A DNA stretch of 20,000 nucleotides. It comes from an uncultured virus (IMG/VR IMGVR_UViG_3300007515_000005) (Duplodnaviria > Heunggongvirae > Uroviricota > Caudoviricetes > Demerecviridae). The translations under genes were made by a program, and so were the position numbers. The notes beneath the pieces were generated by a model. It was given only the letters and a program-made list of their open reading frames with translations. It was not told the DNA's origin and ran no database searches. Where the stretch lies: IMG/VR virus record IMGVR_UViG_3300007515_000005. The stretch is one strand, 5' to 3'. Positions 1 through 7,710 of the stretch are shown in pieces (the stretch's first letter is position 1; every line of letters starts with the position of its first letter).

Positions 1-1
1 A

Positions 2-103
2 GTCCCAGCAAATATAGCGGGTAGTGCAGCAAACCCCGAAGACGGTGGGAGACCACCACAAGAAGAGGAACAGGATAATGGCGAACAAGAGAGCAATTCT
101 TAA
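2..103 (+). CDS. Portal protein, C-terminal end (partial, 5' truncated)
   Basis: Not in ORF track. Frame from nt 2 reads VPANIAGSAANPEDGGRPPQEEEQDNGEQESNS* (TAA 101-103). PANIAGSA...GGRP resembles the C-terminus of T5-type portals as I recall it, and the position upstream of the protease/capsid fits. Confidence 0.8.
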   Translation, partial: VPANIAGSAANPEDGGRPPQEEEQDNGEQESNS

Positions 104-368
104 ACAATTAGCAGATTATTTTGCTGAAAAAGGCTCTGTGTTAACCCCTACTGAGTATAAAGAAGCCGACGATGCTCCCATAAGATATATGGTAGCAAAA
201 AGACCTTTTGGGTCTTGGGCTCGTATGCAAAGTATGGTTAAAACAAATTTTCCAGACCAATGGGCCAAAGCAAACCCTGAGCCAGTAGCAGCGCCTGCAC
301 CAAAAGCAGAACCTAAAGCGGCTCCAAAGACAGCAAAGGCAGCTCCCAAAAAAGCTGAGAAAAAGTGA
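78..368 (+). CDS. Small basic protein (96 aa): FGSW-type helical domain plus Ala/Lys/Pro-rich tail; putative DNA-binding head-module protein
   Basis: ATG at 78 follows purine-rich GAGGAACAGGA and is more plausible than the GTG at 24. It overlaps the portal stop. Protein MANKRAILKQLADYF...EYK...KRPFGSW...APAPKAEPKAAPKTAKAAPKKAEKK. Confidence 0.75.
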   Translation: MANKRAILKQLADYFAEKGSVLTPTEYKEADDAPIRYMVAKRPFGSWARMQSMVKTNFPDQWAKANPEPVAAPAPKAEPKAAPKTAKAAPKKAEKK

Positions 369-376
369 GGTAAATA

Positions 377-2425
377 ATGGAGAAAATTTTTCATTGGACT
401 AACACTTTTAAAACTCTAGGCGAGGACGAAGACGGTAGTGTTAAAATTTCAGGTTTAGCATCTACTAATGCTTTAGATCGTACTGGAGATGTTATTAACC
501 ATGATGCATGGACAAAATCAAATGGATTAGAGAATTTTAAACAAAATCCTATAATTTTGTTCAATCATGACTATAATAAGCCGATTGGTCGCGCTACTTC
601 TATGGAAGTGAGCGAACATGGTTTAGAGGTGGGAGCAAAAATCTCTAAATCAGCAGGTGAAATAAAAGATTTAATAAAAGACGGCGTTCTTGGAGCCTTT
701 TCCGTTGGTTTCAGAGTCAAGGATGCTGATTATAATGATGAAACTGACGGATATAAGATAAAAGACGCCGAACTTTTTGAGGTATCAGTCGTTAGTGTTC
801 CAGCTAACCAGACTGCTATGTTTTCTATTGCGAAATCTTTCGATTCTCAAGAGGAATACGAGGAGTTTAAGAAAACTTTTATATCTAATAACATGGCTAC
901 ACCAACAGACACAGTTAATATTGATGAAGTTGGTACGCCACAAGCCACGGATAAAACCGTTTCACAGGAGAAACCTATGTCTAAGGACACAAAAACTCCA
1001 GAAGCTGGGTCAGTAGACTTGAAAGCATATGCAGAAGAAATTGCGAAAGCAACTGCTGCAAAGATTGCTATGCAACAAGCTGAGCAAAAAGCTAAGGAAC
1101 AATCTGATGCAGAAGAAGCTGCTGAGCTAGAAGCTCAAACTAAAGCAGCTAAAGAAGCTGAAGAAGAAAAAGTGAAGACAATAGTAGAAGTTGGCATGTC
1201 TGGAGCTGAAAGGCTTATGGAAGATGTTGAAAAACGTGTTTCTGAAAAGCATGAAGACCTCGAAAAAGTTGTCAACGAACTTAGAACAGAGCTTACTGAG
1301 AAAAAAGACGAAATCGAAGCAATTCGTGAGTCTAAAAGAATTTTTGGTGACAGAAACGACTCTGACTGGAAGAAAGCCTTCGAGAGCGATGTAAATGATG
1401 CATGGACTCTAGGGCTAGCTACAGGAAGGGGTTGGGATACTGATTATGCGAAAGATGTAATGCAAAAAGTTAACGCTCATTCGGGTGTTGGCGTTTCGTC
1501 TGCAGATTTCGAGCAAACTGTATCTACAAATGTGGAAAGAGATATCCAGTTGCAGTTAGTACTTGCGCCTCTCTTTAGAGAGATCACAATGTCTGCTGCT
1601 ACACAAATCATACCTATCTTACCAGATGCTGGTTATGCTGAATTCGCTTCAGCTCAAACAGCTAGTGGATCATCTCCACATGGTAACTTAGAAGAAAGAG
1701 GAGACACTTATGGCTCACCTTTCGCTGGTGTTGATTTGACTGAGAGAACTCTTTCAACCAAAAAACTTATTTCACAATCTTACTTAGGTAATGAAACTGA
1801 AGAAGATGCGATTCTACCAATCCTACCTTTAATTAGGGAGTCGGTTGTTAGATCACATGCAAGAGCCGTAGAAAATGCGTTACTATTAGGTAACAACGCT
1901 GATGGTGCCTTTGGTACTTCAGGAGCATCTTTCGATGGTGTTTGGCATCTAGCTGAAGCTGATAGTGATGTAACACAATCAGCAACTGCATTTGCATCTG
2001 ACTCAATGACAGCACTTAAGCTATTAGCACTAAGAAAGAATATGGGTAAATATGGTATTAACCCATCTGATGTAGTGTACATAGTATCTTCTACAGCTTA
2101 TTACAATCTGTTAGAAGATGCTGAGTTCCAAGATGTGAACTTAGTTGGCGATGTAGCAACAAAGCTAAGAGGAGAAATCGGAAGCGTATTTGGATCTAAA
2201 GTCCTAGTATGTGACGAGTTCCCAACTGCGGCAGTAAATATGCCTGCAGCTATAGCAGTGTATCCTAGAAACTATGTTGTACCTAGATTAAGAGGTATGA
2301 CTATAGAGTCTGACTACGAAGTTGCTAATCAAAGAAGAGTTTTGGTTGCTTCACAAAGAATTGGCTTCACCGACATGATCGATGGCGCTACTTCTAAATG
2401 GGCATATCAATATAAAGGCTCTTAA
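377..2425 (+). CDS. Prohead protease (HK97-type, S78) fused to scaffold (delta) domain and HK97-fold major capsid protein
   Basis: SD GAGGT 367-371. aa ~20-155 carry protease motifs LFNHD (H64), AFSVGF (S109) and ELFEVSVVSVPAN. aa ~210-330 are Glu/Lys/Ala coiled coil. The C-terminal ~320 aa resemble T5-type capsid (ETEEDAILPILPLIRES, LRKNMGKYG, IESDYEVANQRRVLVASQR). Confidence 0.93.
   Translation: MEKIFHWTNTFKTLGEDEDGSVKISGLASTNALDRTGDVINHDAWTKSNGLENFKQNPIILFNHDYNKPIGRATSMEVSEHGLEVGAKISKSAGEIKDLIKDGVLGAFSVGFRVKDADYNDETDGYKIKDAELFEVSVVSVPANQTAMFSIAKSFDSQEEYEEFKKTFISNNMATPTDTVNIDEVGTPQATDKTVSQEKPMSKDTKTPEAGSVDLKAYAEEIAKATAAKIAMQQAEQKAKEQSDAEEAAELEAQTKAAKEAEEEKVKTIVEVGMSGAERLMEDVEKRVSEKHEDLEKVVNELRTELTEKKDEIEAIRESKRIFGDRNDSDWKKAFESDVNDAWTLGLATGRGWDTDYAKDVMQKVNAHSGVGVSSADFEQTVSTNVERDIQLQLVLAPLFREITMSAATQIIPILPDAGYAEFASAQTASGSSPHGNLEERGDTYGSPFAGVDLTERTLSTKKLISQSYLGNETEEDAILPILPLIRESVVRSHARAVENALLLGNNADGAFGTSGASFDGVWHLAEADSDVTQSATAFASDSMTALKLLALRKNMGKYGINPSDVVYIVSSTAYYNLLEDAEFQDVNLVGDVATKLRGEIGSVFGSKVLVCDEFPTAAVNMPAAIAVYPRNYVVPRLRGMTIESDYEVANQRRVLVASQRIGFTDMIDGATSKWAYQYKGS
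977..2425 (+). CDS. Probable nested in-frame major capsid precursor (482 aa) from internal start
   Basis: AGGAG at 966-970, 6 nt before an in-frame ATG at 977 (Met201), at the protease/scaffold boundary. Confidence 0.7.
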   Translation: MSKDTKTPEAGSVDLKAYAEEIAKATAAKIAMQQAEQKAKEQSDAEEAAELEAQTKAAKEAEEEKVKTIVEVGMSGAERLMEDVEKRVSEKHEDLEKVVNELRTELTEKKDEIEAIRESKRIFGDRNDSDWKKAFESDVNDAWTLGLATGRGWDTDYAKDVMQKVNAHSGVGVSSADFEQTVSTNVERDIQLQLVLAPLFREITMSAATQIIPILPDAGYAEFASAQTASGSSPHGNLEERGDTYGSPFAGVDLTERTLSTKKLISQSYLGNETEEDAILPILPLIRESVVRSHARAVENALLLGNNADGAFGTSGASFDGVWHLAEADSDVTQSATAFASDSMTALKLLALRKNMGKYGINPSDVVYIVSSTAYYNLLEDAEFQDVNLVGDVATKLRGEIGSVFGSKVLVCDEFPTAAVNMPAAIAVYPRNYVVPRLRGMTIESDYEVANQRRVLVASQRIGFTDMIDGATSKWAYQYKGS

Positions 2426-2435
2426 TAGCTAAATG

Positions 2436-2472
2436 ATTTTACGTGAGGGGAGACTTATCCCCTCACTAAAAT
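2436..2472 (+). terminator. Strong stem-loop after the capsid gene (terminator/attenuator or mRNA-stabilising hairpin)
   Basis: GTGAGGGGA (2443-2451) / loop GACTTA / TCCCCTCAC (2458-2466), extendable by ATTTTA/TAAAAT with one bulge. No clear 3' U-tract. Confidence 0.6.
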
Positions 2473-2485
2473 TAAGAGGAGAAAA

Positions 2486-3097
2486 ATGGCAGATTTAATA
2501 ACATTACAACAGTATAAGGATTTCGCAGGGTTGACGGGAGTAACGATGGACGCCCGCATTAATGTTATAATTGATTCCGTAAGCGAACTTGTTAAAAACT
2601 ATTGTGGTACTAGTTTTGTAGATGATTATAGTTCCGCAAAAACTGAATATTTTGATATTAAAGATAATTCAACTACTAGAGTTATGCTAGATGAAGGGCC
2701 TATTAATACGGTAACTTCAGTATCAGAAAGAGAATCACAAGCAGATTCATATGTTACACTAATCACAGAAAATTCTGACAGTAGTGGTAAATATGAATAT
2801 ATTGTTGATACTATGACTGATAGTATAATTCGTACTAATGAAGATGTTGATAAAGCATTTCCAAGAGGGAGAAAAGCTGTAAAAGTAGTATATACTGCTG
2901 GATATAGCGCTTGTCCCGAAGATTTAAAACTAGCAATTTTTGATTTAGTTAAATACTATCTTAAAGATGAACGAAAAGAACGATTACAAATTGCAGGAGC
3001 AATGATTGAAAACCCTGTATCGACTAGCATTAAAAATAATGCAGGATTCCCAGATCACATAAAAAGAATACTGGATATGTACAAGGTTTATAAATAA
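2486..3097 (+). CDS. Head completion / head-tail connector protein (T5 p144-like)
   Basis: SD GAGGAG 2476-2481. Motifs LITLQQYKDF, VKNYCG and VKVVYTAGY...PEDLKLAIFDLVKYY are typical of head-tail adaptors. Directly after the capsid gene. Confidence 0.85.
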   Translation: MADLITLQQYKDFAGLTGVTMDARINVIIDSVSELVKNYCGTSFVDDYSSAKTEYFDIKDNSTTRVMLDEGPINTVTSVSERESQADSYVTLITENSDSSGKYEYIVDTMTDSIIRTNEDVDKAFPRGRKAVKVVYTAGYSACPEDLKLAIFDLVKYYLKDERKERLQIAGAMIENPVSTSIKNNAGFPDHIKRILDMYKVYK

Positions 3098-4623
3098 TGG
3101 GAAGAAAAAAGAAAGGTCAATCTAGTCTTACAAAAGCAATTACAGAAGCCGCTGGACCTGGTGATAGTAACCGAAACTTTAATAAAGTAATGGCGACTCA
3201 AAAAAAGGAATTTGGAGCTGCTTTGGCTACGGGAGATCAGGAAAAATACATTAACCAAAAATTAACAGGAGCAGTAGAGAAATCTTCCTTATTTAAGTGT
3301 TTTAGAGAAGTATTTGATACAGCCGAAGAGTTTGAACGATGGATGGTAGAGAATAAAGACGCAATAGATGCCCTTGATGGTAGAACTAAAGCTTCTTTAC
3401 TTAATGCTTTAAATGCTTTATATGTACCATTAACAGGAATGACTATAGGGAAAGCTGGTTATAACATTGATCATACTGATATAAGTAATATGGCTTCAAA
3501 AGCAGTTGCTATGTATATAGTTTTACAAGAAACAAAACTAGAATTAGGAAATCGCCCTTCAGAGAAGGGTAGAAAAAGAATGACAACAAATGATAAGGGT
3601 AAAAGAGTACCTATAGGATCAGCAAGAAGTTCAGGAGTAGAGTTCATTTTTAATCAAGCAGAAGCTGGATTAGACGAAGTAATAAGTAAAATTCAAAGCG
3701 CAATAGGTATAATGGAATATTTAACTCATGCTTATGCAAATGGAAAAGAACCTACAGCAGAACAAGTAGAAAAAGATTATGAAGAATATGTTAAATCAAA
3801 AGGTGAAACATGGAACTTAACAACTTTTAAAAGAAAAATTATAGATTCTGCTGCAGGAAACGCCGAGCAAGTATGGACTGTAATGTCAGAAGATACAAAT
3901 AAAGTTCAAAAAGGATTTTTTGAGGGTACATTGCCACATTGGTTAAATGATTTAATACCTGGCAGAAGCCCTTTTGGTGGAAAAGGAATGGAGGAGGCTC
4001 TAGAAAGAATAGATGCTTTACATTCTAAAACAATAGAGAATACTAAAATAGTAGGTTCAGTCCCTATAGAAAATGAAATAGTAGACCAAATTGCCAAAGC
4101 TGCTATAGGAATAAAGCCTAGAAAATATGCGCCTACTCCTAAAAAGGGGAAAGTGCCTATAAAAATGAAACAGCCATCAACAGCTGGCGTACGTGCTGCA
4201 ATGAAAAGACATACAAGGGAAGTCGGCAGAGCAAAAGAAAAGTTAGATTCAGTACGACAAAAAGCTCAAGGTAGACTGGTTAAAACAGTAGAAACAAATG
4301 TTGATGACTTAAGAGAAACAGCTAAAATAAGAGCAGCTATTAATAGAAAACTTCCTACAGAACTAAGAAAGAATATGGTAAGACCTGCTTTAATGAATAG
4401 AACAGGAAGATTTGCTAATTCAGTAAAATTAGAAACTTTAACAGCTACTCAAGCTGGAATGGCAGGACAGTACTCTTACTTGTTAAGCCCTTATGAGACA
4501 TTCGAAAGTAAAGGAAAACGAAAATGGCCTTTAGCATATAATCCTAAACCTTTAATATCAAAAAGTATTAGAAATATAGCTATAGGATTTATGAAAGCAA
4601 AATTAACACTTAGGAGAATATAA
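3097..4623 (+). CDS. Tail completion protein (T5 p143-like C-terminus) with long N-terminal extension
   Basis: Synteny between connector and terminator. Basic C-terminal ~100 aa: RKNM..PALMNRTGRFANSV...YSY...PYETFE...PKPLISKSIRNIA. TAATG coupling at both ends. Confidence 0.7.
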   Translation: MGRKKKGQSSLTKAITEAAGPGDSNRNFNKVMATQKKEFGAALATGDQEKYINQKLTGAVEKSSLFKCFREVFDTAEEFERWMVENKDAIDALDGRTKASLLNALNALYVPLTGMTIGKAGYNIDHTDISNMASKAVAMYIVLQETKLELGNRPSEKGRKRMTTNDKGKRVPIGSARSSGVEFIFNQAEAGLDEVISKIQSAIGIMEYLTHAYANGKEPTAEQVEKDYEEYVKSKGETWNLTTFKRKIIDSAAGNAEQVWTVMSEDTNKVQKGFFEGTLPHWLNDLIPGRSPFGGKGMEEALERIDALHSKTIENTKIVGSVPIENEIVDQIAKAAIGIKPRKYAPTPKKGKVPIKMKQPSTAGVRAAMKRHTREVGRAKEKLDSVRQKAQGRLVKTVETNVDDLRETAKIRAAINRKLPTELRKNMVRPALMNRTGRFANSVKLETLTATQAGMAGQYSYLLSPYETFESKGKRKWPLAYNPKPLISKSIRNIAIGFMKAKLTLRRI

Positions 4624-5078
4624 TGGTATCAACATATAGAACAGCAAGAAAAAAGATTGTTGATGCCTTAGTAAAAGAATTAAAAACGAGTATAAATGGG
4701 GTTGCCCCTTATAACTCGAACATATTTAACAATGCTGATGGGCATTTAAAATTTTTAGATACAATCAACGAATACCCACAAGTATGTGTGGTAGCAGGAG
4801 ATGAAACTAGACAGTATCAGCCCGACGGCTTTAAATGGAGGTTTCTGCAACTCGAAATTAGATGTTATATCGAAAACGAAGCAGATCCTCAAGAGGTTCT
4901 AGCCCTTTTAATGGAAGATATAGAAAGGGTAATAGATAATAATGATGTTTTGACTTACGATGATACAGTAAGTCCAGCATTAAATACAACTTCCTTAACT
5001 TTACAAACATTGACTACTGATGAGGGCGCATTAGCCCCAATTGGAATAGGGTCATTAGTTTTAGAGTGTAGGTATTAA
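4623..5078 (+). CDS. Tail tube terminator protein (T5 p142-like)
   Basis: 151 aa acidic protein immediately before the tail tube gene. Motifs YPQVCVVAGDETRQY, LMEDIERVID and TTDEGALAPIGIG. Confidence 0.85.
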   Translation: MVSTYRTARKKIVDALVKELKTSINGVAPYNSNIFNNADGHLKFLDTINEYPQVCVVAGDETRQYQPDGFKWRFLQLEIRCYIENEADPQEVLALLMEDIERVIDNNDVLTYDDTVSPALNTTSLTLQTLTTDEGALAPIGIGSLVLECRY

Positions 5079-5150
5079 AAATCGAAATTACAAAGCAGAT
5101 AAAAATCTAGCTAAGTACTTTCAAAGACTAAAAAAGATAGGAGAAAAGCA

Positions 5151-6791
5151 ATGGCTTTAAATCTTTCAAGAAATACGAAAGTATTTGTAAGCAGCGTAAA
5201 TGGAGTCCCCACTGCAGGTGGAGGAATTCTGACAGCTTATGTTAGTACTAAAGGTACTGGATATGCTGTAGGAGATATTGTCACTTTAGGTACAACTTCA
5301 GGTTCTGGAGCAAATGCAAAATGTATTGTACTATCTGTATCAGGTTCTGGAGCAGTAGAAACAGTAGCTATTCCTAACAACTTTCGAGGAAATGGCTTTG
5401 TAGCTGATGAAACCGCAACAGAAACTGCAGTAGAAAACTATGCTGGAACTAATAATGGTTCAGCTAGTGGATTGATTGTTACAGCTAAAACTGTAACAGG
5501 TACAACTACAGCAGAAGGAGCAAGAGCTGGAACAGGACGTTTCAGAGGTAACTCAACTGCAGCCAATACTTTTAGAGTTGGTGTATTAGACGGTTATAGT
5601 TTCTCTCAAGGAAGTGAATCAACTGATGTAACAATCAATGAAGCTGGTTCTGCACCAAATCGTGGATCAAAAAGATTCAACGATGCATTACCTCCTGCAG
5701 AATGGTCATTTGGAACTTATGTTCGACCATTTAAGCACGGAGCTGCAAGTTTCAGAGCAGACGGAACATATGATATGGTAGAAAATATACTATGGTCTGC
5801 ACTAGCAGGTACAGGGCTATCAGATGCCTCAGGCTCTGCTGTAGCAACAAGCACAGGAACAGCTAATGGAGCATTAGTAGACTTTGTAGAATCAGATGTT
5901 CACGAACTTATGAAACTAAATATCTTCTTTGCCTTAGAAAATACAACTTACAGACTGAATGATGCTCAAATCAATCAGGCTGAAATTGATTTTTCTATCG
6001 ATGGAATTGCACAAATCACATGGAGTGGTAATGCAACTACTATTGACCAAGTAACAACTGCATATGAAGATCCTTCTAAGTATCAAATCGAAGCATATGA
6101 TGCTGATGGAGCGAGTTTGACTCACTCTAGTGGAAGTACAGATACTTATGTAGAAAACTACAACTTTGCAGATACAGTTGGCCCAAGTGATGCTGATTAC
6201 TTAAGAAATAAATTATCGTCTCTATACTTAGATGCTGATGCCCAAGGTGGCGGAAATGCATCTGGAGGACTAGATGATAGAACTTATGATATTAATATCA
6301 CAGGTGGTTCAATAACAATAGCTAATAATGTTACTTATGTAACACCAGAAACAATTGGTATTGTTGATAAACCAATAGGATCATTTACAGGAGCAAGAAC
6401 TATTACTGGTTCTTTAAATATGTATTTAGATACGAAATCTAATGGTTCTAATCAGCTATTAACAGATTTAGCAGCAGCGACTGACCTTGTTACAAACGTA
6501 TTTGACTTACGTTTATACATGGGTGTAGCTGGTGCAGTTGGTTCCGATGGCGATGCTATGGGATCAGATGACTTCACAGCGCCGGGCGTAGAATTTAATA
6601 TGCCTAGATGTCACTTACAAGTACCAACAATTGAAACAGGCGATTTAATCTCAACAACAGTAGAATTTGCTGCTCACGGTAGCGATCTTCTAACTGGAGA
6701 TGAAATGAAAGTTAAATATTTAGGCTCTACTTCTCACACTCAAACTGGTTATGCAGCGAGTGGATCAGGAGACAGATCAGTAGCGTCTTAA
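5151..6791 (+). CDS. Major tail tube protein (T5 pb6-like)
   Basis: SD AGGAG 5139-5143. LSRNTKVFVS and DVTINEAGSAPNRGSKRFNDALPPAEWSFGTYVRP closely resemble recalled T5 pb6 motifs. Also NQAEIDFSIDGIA and FTGARTITGSL. Confidence 0.92.
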   Translation: MALNLSRNTKVFVSSVNGVPTAGGGILTAYVSTKGTGYAVGDIVTLGTTSGSGANAKCIVLSVSGSGAVETVAIPNNFRGNGFVADETATETAVENYAGTNNGSASGLIVTAKTVTGTTTAEGARAGTGRFRGNSTAANTFRVGVLDGYSFSQGSESTDVTINEAGSAPNRGSKRFNDALPPAEWSFGTYVRPFKHGAASFRADGTYDMVENILWSALAGTGLSDASGSAVATSTGTANGALVDFVESDVHELMKLNIFFALENTTYRLNDAQINQAEIDFSIDGIAQITWSGNATTIDQVTTAYEDPSKYQIEAYDADGASLTHSSGSTDTYVENYNFADTVGPSDADYLRNKLSSLYLDADAQGGGNASGGLDDRTYDINITGGSITIANNVTYVTPETIGIVDKPIGSFTGARTITGSLNMYLDTKSNGSNQLLTDLAAATDLVTNVFDLRLYMGVAGAVGSDGDAMGSDDFTAPGVEFNMPRCHLQVPTIETGDLISTTVEFAAHGSDLLTGDEMKVKYLGSTSHTQTGYAASGSGDRSVAS

Positions 6792-6794
6792 AAA

Positions 6795-7700
6795 ATGTCT
6801 TATAGTTTTCTTCGTGAGAGTAAACTATACATAGTGTATGGCGGGAACAAGTATAGAATCTATACTTCTTCCGCCATCTCTTTTGATCAAACATTTGCGG
6901 AAGATTCGTATTCAGTAAAGACTTTACACGATCAATCAAAAATGTTTGAAGGATCAACTATAACAAAAGCTAATCCAGCTTCGTTTAGTTTTGATGTTCC
7001 TTTAACAATTGAAAAAGATGAGTCTGTTGTAATAGAATTATTGGGTGATGTAACTAATGAACAGTTAAAATCATTTGATATCTATGTACAAACAGGAAGC
7101 AGTACTTTCAAATTAGAAAGTGCAGTAATTACTAGTGGTAGTTTTGATTTTGTACCTCAAAATCAATTTACAGTTAGATTAGAAGGAGAAGGAACTAAAT
7201 TATCGAGAGTTGGAGATGAAAGCTATTCAATTCCCGGAAGCGCTCGATCTGAGTCTTCCACAAGAACCCCTCTAATAGTCTACCCTGTTATTACAGCAGA
7301 TAGCTTAAATATGAATAATATTATAAGCGTTAATTTAAATCTGCAAAATAATATAGAGTGGACTCCTTACGAAAACCTTCATAGTAGTTTATCAGTAACT
7401 AATTCTAGTAATGCTATGTTTCCTGCAAATTATGTACTGAGTAATCGTATATTATCGGGAGAAATACGACAGTACCAACAAGATAATAATATAACACAAT
7501 TTGATGATTTTAGTACTAATACTGATTTAACTATTATTGCAAAAAATACATCTGGAGATGCTAACTTTTTCGAAGTTGAAATCAACCCAGTAATGTACAC
7601 AGCTAGAATGGAACCATCTGAGATTTATACTCAAAGCTATGACTATAGATCTTTAGATAATACTGACCCAGTAACTACTCAAATCTCATATTCAACTTAG
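6795..7700 (+). CDS. Baseplate tube / minor tail protein (T5 p140-like)
   Basis: 301 aa. N-terminus MSYSFLRESKLYIVY and QTFAEDSYSVKTLH...ANPASFSF. Follows the tail tube gene as in T5. Confidence 0.82.
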   Translation: MSYSFLRESKLYIVYGGNKYRIYTSSAISFDQTFAEDSYSVKTLHDQSKMFEGSTITKANPASFSFDVPLTIEKDESVVIELLGDVTNEQLKSFDIYVQTGSSTFKLESAVITSGSFDFVPQNQFTVRLEGEGTKLSRVGDESYSIPGSARSESSTRTPLIVYPVITADSLNMNNIISVNLNLQNNIEWTPYENLHSSLSVTNSSNAMFPANYVLSNRILSGEIRQYQQDNNITQFDDFSTNTDLTIIAKNTSGDANFFEVEINPVMYTARMEPSEIYTQSYDYRSLDNTDPVTTQISYST

Positions 7701-7710
7701 GAGAATATAA

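Noticed and set aside
24..77. GTG-start N-terminal extension of the first ORF
   Set aside because: Overlaps the portal C-terminus in another frame; ATG 78 has a better RBS context.
116..394. Minus-strand 92-aa hydrophobic ORF
   Set aside because: Antisense shadow of the Ala/Lys/Pro-rich gene; no independent support.
931..962. GGTACGCCACAAGCCACGG resembles part of a c-di-GMP-I riboswitch
   Set aside because: The GGCAAAC/GAAA tetraloop arm and the full P1-P3 architecture are absent, and it lies in coding sequence.
777..1394. Two alternate-frame + strand ORFs (777-1016, 1191-1394)
   Set aside because: Inside the protease/capsid gene with off-frame composition and no clear RBS.
1780..6957. Minus-strand ORFs 1780-2082, 3906-4097, 5934-6125 and 6727-6957
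   Set aside because: Short antisense shadows of well-supported structural genes.
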